DNA of 64,000 nucleotides from Candidatus Magasanikbacteria bacterium RIFCSPHIGHO2_01_FULL_41_23 (GTDB lineage Bacteria; Patescibacteriota; Patescibacteriia; Magasanikbacterales; UBA922): NCBI GenBank assembly GCA_001782805.1, contig MFPT01000019.1, positions 1,801 to 65,800 of the forward strand, read 5' to 3'. Shown piece by piece: positions 57,385 to 64,000 of this stretch (position 1 is its first letter; each line of letters starts with the position of its first letter). The notes under the pieces were generated by a model. It saw only the letters and a program-made list of their open reading frames with translations, ran no database searches and was not told where the DNA came from. The position numbers and the translations under genes were made by a program.

Positions 57385-57930
57385 TTAGGCCATCAATGTA
57401 CCAGAATTCTCATAAAATTTAATATACGTATCTCTGAGCAGTCGCGCATCAGTGAGCGCGTTATGTTCGGTATACTTTTCTTTATCAATATTTAAGGATT
57501 TAAAAAATTCATGTTTTCCCATAGAGTTTGGCGAATAGCCAAGGCCAAATAAAATTGAGGCAAAATCAATCGGAATCCAGTACGCGGGATGTTCCTTAGT
57601 TGAGCCGAAAAGTTCGTACCAAAAAATCGCATCAAATTGATTGACATAAGCCATCAAGTATGGCTGGCTGTCGCCAATAAAAGTGCGAATTTTTTCGCAA
57701 GCAATTTCTTTGGTAATTTTTTCTTTATTTAAATAGGGGATGACTTTTTCCTCTACCCAAGGATGGACTGTCCCCTTGTACTCTAATTCTAAATATAATT
57801 CTTCGCCTGTATATTTAATCAATCCAATGGACAACAACTCCCCTGTTTTGGCGTTAAGATCAGTGAATTCAGTGTCAAGAAAAACAATATTATCTGAGTA
57901 TGGTTTGATCGGTATATTATTCTTCTCCAT
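57385..57930 (-). CDS. DEDDh-family 3'-5' exonuclease
   Basis: Exo I FLDTEFTDL and Exo III HNALTDARLL motifs. Confidence 0.7.
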   Translation of the reverse strand: MEKNNIPIKPYSDNIVFLDTEFTDLNAKTGELLSIGLIKYTGEELYLELEYKGTVHPWVEEKVIPYLNKEKITKEIACEKIRTFIGDSQPYLMAYVNQFDAIFWYELFGSTKEHPAYWIPIDFASILFGLGYSPNSMGKHEFFKSLNIDKEKYTEHNALTDARLLRDTYIKFYENSGTLMA

Positions 57931-57976
57931 ACAAAATGATAATTAAGACAATAATGTGTATGAAGAATATCAAAGT

Positions 57977-58585
57977 TTATGCATATTGACAAATGAGATT
58001 AGATTTTTGTTCGAATCTGTTATGCATCTTTTCTTCAGTAATAACGGTATAAACACTCACGCCATTTAACTCTTGCCACACATCATAATGCGGTTTGGTA
58101 AAATGTTTAATAATATATTTTTTTGGCAAAATTGCAAAATCGTAAGCGGAAAAAATGTTTAAGCGGCGCATATAATCAGCCGTGTTCGGACCCACTCCCC
58201 AAATTTTGTCGATCAGAAAGTCTCGCAAATATTCAGGCAAATCCTTTTGCGTAATAATACCCACGCCGTTTGGCTGATTGGTTGTTGAAGCCAATTTTGC
58301 CAATACTTTTGTCGGCGCCAAACCCACGGAAATCGTAATGCCTAATTCTTTTTTAACCGTTTGCCGAATTTTTTCCGCAATGTCTTCGTAACTGTTGAAT
58401 ATTGTTTCCAAACCGGTAATATCCAAAAATCTTTCATCATTATTATATTCTTCCACCATATTCGTAAAACGACGTAAAATTGCGAGAAGTCGTCGCCGTT
58501 CTGCTTGAGCTTGTTCAAACCGAGCAAAACAGGAATCGGCTTGGATGTGCACAATAGCTTGGGGAAATAATGTATTGTTAAACAT
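57977..58585 (-). pseudogene. Degenerate Y-family DNA polymerase (DinB/UmuC-like) remnant: internal deletion, catalytic Glu lost, little-finger domain absent
   Basis: MFNNTLFPQAIVHIQADSCFA aligns to the DinB N-terminus. SVGLAPTKVLAKLAS...IWGVGPNTA are palm/thumb motifs. Only ~200 aa, and the LDE motif reads LDI. Confidence 0.55.
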
Positions 58586-59159
58586 ATTTGCGAATAACAC
58601 TGGATACAACTCCGGCAATGTGTAATTCTTGGCGCGGATGAATATCAGGATAATTTTTGTTGGCCGGACGCAGGATTGTGCGCTCACCGCGTTTAATATA
58701 GTATTTCATGGTCCAATCATGGTCTACTTCGGCCACTACAATGTCTCCGGTTTTTGGATTACGCTTGCGATCGACAATTACCATGTCTCCTTGCATTATT
58801 CCGGCATCAATCATGGAATCCCCCGAAACCGTGAGCATATAACTGGATTCAGGATGTTCAATTAACCAGCGATCCAAACTCACAGTACTTGTCTCGACTT
58901 CTTCTTCGGCTGTAGTGGGAAATCCGGCCTGTACTGTTCCCAATACTCTTAATCCGTATAATCGTTCCGTGGGCATTAACTTTCCCGTACTTCCTTTCTC
59001 CAGTATCCCCTCTTCAATAAATTTTTGGACGTATCTGTGTAATGATCCCTTTGATTTGAGGTCAAACAGTTTGACCATTTCATCGTACGTTGGCAGGTGC
59101 TTAAATTTATGAAAGTAATTAATTAATTTTTTCTTGCGAGCGTCGTAGGTATGGCTCAT
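58578..59159 (-). CDS. lexA: LexA-type SOS repressor (HTH + S24 peptidase)
   Basis: N-terminal winged HTH, Ala-Gly cleavage site (VQAGFP), SGDSM nucleophile, Lys in TMKYY. Confidence 0.8.
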   Translation of the reverse strand: MSHTYDARKKKLINYFHKFKHLPTYDEMVKLFDLKSKGSLHRYVQKFIEEGILEKGSTGKLMPTERLYGLRVLGTVQAGFPTTAEEEVETSTVSLDRWLIEHPESSYMLTVSGDSMIDAGIMQGDMVIVDRKRNPKTGDIVVAEVDHDWTMKYYIKRGERTILRPANKNYPDIHPRQELHIAGVVSSVIRKYV

Positions 59160-59168
59160 ATAATGGAA

Positions 59169-59999
59169 TCATATATTTAACAAATTTTTATCATTATTTG
59201 GAGTAATTACTTTTTTGCCAGTTTTATTTTCAATACTTTTACGGGCATCGCCAGCAATTTTTCCTCCGGTTCTGGCCACTTCCTTATTTTCTTGAAAAGT
59301 TTCCGGATTTTTAGTTTTTGAGATTTCTGTGGTGGCGGTCTCGGCTAACATGTTCAGTACTAGCTCTAAATTCGTCATGTTGTCGCGTAAATTTTCTTTA
59401 GTTAGACCCTTTAATTTTTTATAATTTTTAGTTTTAATTCCAGTCCAGGCTTTGGTTATCTCATCAGTCAAAATAGCAAATTGAAAACCTTCCTTTATCC
59501 CTCTTTTCTCCCATTCATTAGTTAAATCTTTTCTAACCTCAATACTCTTTAGTCTTTGGTTGATCCATTCCGAACCGTATCCTTTTTGAGCATAAATTCT
59601 GAGTGCGCGATTTATACTTAGCTCTGGGTCAGCTATTTCTTCCAGTCTTTCATAACCCACTTGAGCGAGCCAAAGTTTGAAAGGTTCGGCTTTTGGAGAT
59701 GGAATTGACTGGATAATGCGGAGAATTGTTTCTGTATCGGCTGCGTCAGTTAACCGGCTTTTTCCATCCTGAGCAATCATTTTCAACTGGTTACATTTTG
59801 TAACCGTTTGACTTCCTTCTCCCCTTAACCTGTTTTTAAGAACTTTCCAATAGTTTCGAGCTAATTGAAAATCGAGCTGTTCAGTCAGAATCTGAATAAC
59901 ATCGACCACTGAAAAATACCACAGCTCTCTGGAGTCATCCCAAAGCCGACGGATTTGTTTGCCTTCAAATAAAGCAACTTTAGTATTTTTTGTTTCCAT
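59169..59999 (-). CDS. DinD-like DNA-damage-inducible protein
   Basis: Collinear similarity to E. coli DinD (ELWYFSVVDVIQILT / NYWKVLKNRL and the C-terminal region). Immediately upstream of lexA. Confidence 0.5.
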   Translation of the reverse strand: METKNTKVALFEGKQIRRLWDDSRELWYFSVVDVIQILTEQLDFQLARNYWKVLKNRLRGEGSQTVTKCNQLKMIAQDGKSRLTDAADTETILRIIQSIPSPKAEPFKLWLAQVGYERLEEIADPELSINRALRIYAQKGYGSEWINQRLKSIEVRKDLTNEWEKRGIKEGFQFAILTDEITKAWTGIKTKNYKKLKGLTKENLRDNMTNLELVLNMLAETATTEISKTKNPETFQENKEVARTGGKIAGDARKSIENKTGKKVITPNNDKNLLNI

Positions 60000-60046
60000 A
60001 ATTTTCTTTTAAAAAAAATATTGCAACCGGATAAAAGTAGTATAGA

Positions 60047-60060
60047 GAACATTTGTTCTC
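60047..60060. promoter_or_regulatory. Cheo-type LexA/SOS box (AGAACATTTGTTCT; GAAC-N4-GTTC)
   Basis: Perfect palindrome ~50 nt upstream of the dinD-like start (minus strand), at the head of the dinD-lexA-polY'-exonuclease gene string. Confidence 0.6.
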
Positions 60061-60133
60061 ATAGCAAGAGAAGTTGTGTGGATAACTTTTTAATTAATAC
60101 CTCCCCGATTGGCTTCGGGGTAAAAGAAATTCA

Positions 60134-61249
60134 TTATGTTGGAAATAAAAATTCCGTGTTAATGGAAAAAATTGCCTGCAATTCAGAAGAAATTTCAGGA
60201 GTATTATTTAGGACATCCGGTTTATATGTTTTAACAAATTTTAACAATTTGTTTTTAAATATTTCATTCGTAGAGAGTTTCTCCCAAAATAATTTAATTT
60301 TTGCATACGCCGCAGATAAAGATCTTTCTGTACCAAGAACTGCACCTACTGCCATTGATAATTCATCGATAATACCCTGCAGTGAAACATCGTGGTCTTG
60401 TTCAATCATTCTCTTCGACAAGATAAAGGCTTGGAGTCGATAGAACAATTCTTTAGCTAATAATTTACCTTCTTCGGTATCGCTTGCTACTTTTTGGTGG
60501 TTTCCAGAATCTATAATCGAATAAATTCCTGAGTCAATATTTACAAAAGAAGTACGCCCGCCATCAGCACCTTCTAAAACATCAAAATACATACTATGCA
60601 ACTCATCCAGATATGCAAGTTGTCGATGGATTTCAGGATTCATTTTGTCGCCATCGATGTTTCTGACGCTTGATTGCGTAGTTTTCGCTCCGTGTTCTCT
60701 GTCAATTGCTGTGACTAATCCGTGTCTTAATTCGTGTCTAGCAATATTTTGCTCCCATTCTGGATGGAATGTACCATCTAAAAAATTATATGTATTTCTA
60801 ATGTCAACGAAGCATATATTTTTTTCAGAATCATAGACTCCAGCATAATTACCCAGTTTACCGTGGCTTGAGACAGTTCTTAGATCCTTGCAACCATCTG
60901 GAATTTTAATTTCAGCATTGTATATAACAAGAAGTATGCCATTAAAACATGTGGCATCAATCACCCCTTCTTTAGCTTTCCATAATAAAACATCGTTAGA
61001 TGTAGCTTCAGCGTGTGGGAAAACAATTTTACCGTCTGATTGAAATTTTAATTCTCTTATCTGCCGTTCTTTTTCTAAAAATTGCATTTGCTCAGGATTC
61101 AGTAATGATTCTATGATTTTTTTTGAATCTAAAAATAGATCGTTTTCAATTTTTGTGACTTTGGAGCAATCACTAGCACAGGCGTGTAACGGCTGATTAT
61201 GAATTGGACAAATATTTTCTTCTTGTTCACTCATAATAAAATTTATCAA
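60134..61249 (-). CDS. Hypothetical protein with HExxH motif (IARHELRHG) and N-terminal Cys/His cluster
   Basis: 371-aa ORF. Possible zinc metallopeptidase. No family recognised. Confidence 0.4.
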   Translation of the reverse strand: MINFIMSEQEENICPIHNQPLHACASDCSKVTKIENDLFLDSKKIIESLLNPEQMQFLEKERQIRELKFQSDGKIVFPHAEATSNDVLLWKAKEGVIDATCFNGILLVIYNAEIKIPDGCKDLRTVSSHGKLGNYAGVYDSEKNICFVDIRNTYNFLDGTFHPEWEQNIARHELRHGLVTAIDREHGAKTTQSSVRNIDGDKMNPEIHRQLAYLDELHSMYFDVLEGADGGRTSFVNIDSGIYSIIDSGNHQKVASDTEEGKLLAKELFYRLQAFILSKRMIEQDHDVSLQGIIDELSMAVGAVLGTERSLSAAYAKIKLFWEKLSTNEIFKNKLLKFVKTYKPDVLNNTPEISSELQAIFSINTEFLFPT

Positions 61250-61286
61250 ACTATCTATTCGTGATCTTTTTACAATATAAAAAAAT

Positions 61287-62558
61287 CTATTTCAAATATC
61301 CCAACGGATCAACCGGAATGCCATTTTTGCGCACTTCAAAATGTAAGTGTTGGCCAGTGGTGAATGGTCCGGCTCCGACTGTGCCCGGTGTGGCGCCGGA
61401 ATAACCAATAATATCGCCCCGAGTGACAAATTCTTCTTCAGACACATTAAGCGCGCTCAAATGTCCGTACACTGTGGAAATACCATTGGAGTGGACAATC
61501 ATAATATAACTGTAGCAGGCGGCAGTAGTGCACTTTTTGGCTCGAGCAATGTAGCCTGAGGCCGCGGCTTTGACTGCTGTGCCATGTGATGCCACCAAAT
61601 CAATCGCGTTATGTTCAAAAACTTGGCGATATGGATAGGTTACATCGTGAAAATACGCAGTGATCCGACGACTGCTGACAGGCCAAGATAATTCGCCTGA
61701 ATCAACATCAAATTTTTCCGGTTTCTTTTTCTGCTGTTCAGCCAATTTTTTACGGACTTGAGTTTCAATCCCGCCGATTTCATTTTCCGTCTGTTGATAC
61801 TGTGCTTTCAGTGAATTGACCAAAGTTTTATATTTTTGCTCTGAGGCTTGAGTTTCGGATAACAGCTCTTGTTTATAATTAATTTGACTCCGAAGTTCCA
61901 GTTTTTTATCTTCCAGTTCAGTGCGTATTTCCTGATAATCTTGCTTAGTTTCTTTGGTGGTTTGATGTTTGACTTCCAAATCAGCTTTGGCCAAACGTAA
62001 TGTTTTGGCGGTTTTACCTAAATTGTGTTCCAATGTTTGTACATAATTAACGCGATCGTAAAAATCAGACAGCGAGGAATAGACGGTCATAATTTCAATC
62101 ATTTTTTTACCATCTTCACGCCGTAATTCACGAATCAATTCAGCCAATATGCGCTTTTGCCGTTCGATAATTTTTGTTTTTTCGGCGATTGATAATTGTA
62201 AGCCTTTTAATTCAAGACCAAGCGTTTCCAATTTTTCTTGCGTTGCTTGCACATCCAAATTAACCTGCGAAATGGTATTATCAAGCAGGTTAACTTGATT
62301 TTTTAAGGAAATGGTTTGTGTTTGCGTTTCACTTATTTTTGCCTTATATGCATCAATGGATTTTTGAATTTGTTCAATTTTCTTTTTTTTCGTTTCAATC
62401 TGACTATTCAATTGATCAATTTCCGTGTTGGCTGTGACTGTTCCTGATGTTTGCGAATACACAAAAAATGGCAAAGTAGTACCGGCACTAAATAATAAAT
62501 ACAATAAAACTAACCATTTTTTTTTCATGCTTTTAGGTCTATGCAATATAGTATACAC
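61287..62558 (-). CDS. M23-family peptidoglycan metalloendopeptidase with N-terminal signal and long coiled coil (EnvC-like)
   Basis: C-terminal LytM motifs (HNAIDL, GATPGTVGAGPFTTGQHLHFEVR). ~250-aa coiled coil. Confidence 0.8.
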   Translation of the reverse strand: MYTILHRPKSMKKKWLVLLYLLFSAGTTLPFFVYSQTSGTVTANTEIDQLNSQIETKKKKIEQIQKSIDAYKAKISETQTQTISLKNQVNLLDNTISQVNLDVQATQEKLETLGLELKGLQLSIAEKTKIIERQKRILAELIRELRREDGKKMIEIMTVYSSLSDFYDRVNYVQTLEHNLGKTAKTLRLAKADLEVKHQTTKETKQDYQEIRTELEDKKLELRSQINYKQELLSETQASEQKYKTLVNSLKAQYQQTENEIGGIETQVRKKLAEQQKKKPEKFDVDSGELSWPVSSRRITAYFHDVTYPYRQVFEHNAIDLVASHGTAVKAAASGYIARAKKCTTAACYSYIMIVHSNGISTVYGHLSALNVSEEEFVTRGDIIGYSGATPGTVGAGPFTTGQHLHFEVRKNGIPVDPLGYLK

Positions 62559-62609
62559 TAAAAAAAATCAACGTCAAATTTAAGAAAAAATCTTTTGTTT
62601 AAAAGAAAT

Positions 62610-64000
62610 TTATAAATTTTCCACAGCGGTGGACAGACGGAGTATTGTATTTTTTTTGCCAAGTACCATAGCAATTTCCGTTGGTCCGGGAGAATTTTTT
62701 TGTCCGGATAAAGCCACACGCATTGGCCAATAGACATTTCCCACTCCATAACCTGATGATTCCAACCATGCGCGCAAACAAGGATCAATTTCCGTAGCTG
62801 TCCAAGATTCTTCTGAAATTGCGGTTAAGAGTCCAACCAGCTCTTGTAAAATTTTCTTGGTTTCTTCCGGTGTGCTTTTTTTCCAGACAATCATTTCCAC
62901 GACAATTTTTGGATTCGGTGTTTTAAATATGAATCCCAATTCAGTTACTAAATTAACCAATGTTGTAGCGCGTTCTTGTTCCAAAGCGAATAAATCTCCG
63001 AGCCAGATGTCCAGTTCATTTTTCACACGTGGATTACAATTCGCATAATCGGGAAATTGCGCAGTCAAAAATGGTTTGGCTCGCGCGACTAATTCTTCAC
63101 GACTTAACGAGCGCAGATATTGCTGATTAAACCAATCCAATTTTTCAAGATTAAAAACCGCCGGATTTTTGCTGACTTTTTCCAAAGAAAATTCTTGTTC
63201 CAGTTCTTTGAATGTGAAGATTTCGCGTTCCGTCCCAGGATTCCAGCCCAAAAAAGCAATGAAATTTATCAGAGCCTCGGGTAAATATCCTTTGGCCTTG
63301 TAATCGTTGACAGAAACATCATCATGGCGTTTGCTTAATTTTTTTTTATCACAATTAACCAAAAGTGGTAAATGCACAAAATGTGGTGCTTCCCAACCAA
63401 ACATTTGATACAAAATCACATGTTTGGGAGTGGATGAAAGCCATTCTTCGCCACGAATGATGTGGCTAATTTTCATTAAATGATCGTCAACGACTACTGC
63501 CAAATGATATGTGGGAAAACCATCGGATTTCATCAATACTTGGTCATCAATCAAACTATTTTTAAATTCCACCTGACCGCGAACTAAATCAGTGAACATG
63601 GTTACGCCTTCACGCGGCATTTTCAGGCGAATGACTGAAGTTTCATTATTTTTTAAACGTGTTTTAGCTTCATCCGACTTTATATCTCGACAATGTCCAT
63701 CATATCCGGTCGGTAATTTATTTAATTCCTGAAATTTGCGTACCTCATCAAGCCGTTCTTTGGTACAAAAACAATAATACGCGTGACCTTTGGCAATTAA
63801 TTCAGCTGTGTATTTTTGGTAAATTTCCAAACGTTCGGATTGAATATATGGACCAAGTTCGCCTTTTTGAATAATTTTATTTTGTTCGACATCCACACCT
63901 TCATCAATCGTAATGCCGGCCCAATGCAACATATTTAACATGCTTTCCATTGAGCCTGGCATCAAGCGAGCTTGATCAGTATCTTCAATGCGTAATAAAA
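62610..64000 (-). CDS. gltX: Glutamyl-tRNA synthetase (N-terminus beyond window end)
   Basis: KLSKRH (KMSKS), DLVRGQ, and the class I catalytic-core sequence. The reading frame is open to the window edge. Confidence 0.85.
   Translation of the reverse strand, partial: LLRIEDTDQARLMPGSMESMLNMLHWAGITIDEGVDVEQNKIIQKGELGPYIQSERLEIYQKYTAELIAKGHAYYCFCTKERLDEVRKFQELNKLPTGYDGHCRDIKSDEAKTRLKNNETSVIRLKMPREGVTMFTDLVRGQVEFKNSLIDDQVLMKSDGFPTYHLAVVVDDHLMKISHIIRGEEWLSSTPKHVILYQMFGWEAPHFVHLPLLVNCDKKKLSKRHDDVSVNDYKAKGYLPEALINFIAFLGWNPGTEREIFTFKELEQEFSLEKVSKNPAVFNLEKLDWFNQQYLRSLSREELVARAKPFLTAQFPDYANCNPRVKNELDIWLGDLFALEQERATTLVNLVTELGFIFKTPNPKIVVEMIVWKKSTPEETKKILQELVGLLTAISEESWTATEIDPCLRAWLESSGYGVGNVYWPMRVALSGQKNSPGPTEIAMVLGKKNTILRLSTAVENL

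Overview
The window is a gene-dense, low-GC (roughly 40%) chromosomal core region. Most genes sit on the + strand, pack tightly (frequent ATGA and 4-nt overlaps) and mostly lack obvious Shine-Dalgarno sequences. That style is typical of reduced-genome uncultivated bacteria such as Patescibacteria/CPR; this lineage call is inference only.

Recognisable content, in order:
- Start to ~8.1 kb: partial RNase Y (minus strand, window start); a SAM-dependent methyltransferase; inorganic pyrophosphatase; IF-2; thioredoxin; glutamate dehydrogenase; an ECF sigma factor (minus strand); an inositol monophosphatase.
- 8.2-13 kb: LeuRS, which carries an embedded Nudix domain; MsrB and MsrA.
- 13-19.6 kb, a competence / type IV pilus locus: a two-gene ComEC; a Ca-binding TSP3-repeat surface protein; PilM; an orphan receiver; a pilin; prepilin peptidase.
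- 19.6-23 kb: a P-type ATPase and a TerC/DUF475 membrane protein.
- 23-32 kb: a complete F-type ATP synthase operon (atpI-like, B, E, F, H, A, G, D, C). It is interrupted by a 539-aa secreted protein and by two repeat elements.
- 32-40 kb: a 39-aa Cys-rich peptide gene behind a perfect consensus promoter, next to an ABC exporter; TypA/BipA; a Zn-ribbon/RGG protein and an RRM protein; a UvrD-type helicase fused to a Cas4/AddB-like Fe-S nuclease.
- 40-57 kb: DciA-like protein, ProRS, MreBCD-PBP2, GreA, LysRS, a RibL-like nucleotidyltransferase, an RdgB-Nudix fusion, SerRS, and a cell-wall cluster (MurF-like, DegT aminotransferase, FemAB, FtsQ).
- 57-64 kb, all on the minus strand: an SOS-type module (DinD-like, LexA, a degenerate Y-family polymerase, a DEDD exonuclease) with a Cheo-type LexA box; an HExxH protein; an M23 peptidase; partial GluRS.

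No rRNA, tRNA or CRISPR array was found.

The most unusual signals are several families of short repeat and palindromic elements:
(i) A GC-rich core, CCCTTCGACAAGCTCAGGGCAAGTC, is present in at least five copies. Four are in frame inside leuS, typA (twice) and the pilin leader, and each adds a short hydrophilic peptide. This recalls Rickettsia palindromic elements.
(ii) Two roughly 150-bp elements have 33-bp inverted-repeat arms that co-vary compensatorily.
(iii) A third repeat family sits upstream of leuS and inside the atp operon.
(iv) There are additional long perfect palindromes.
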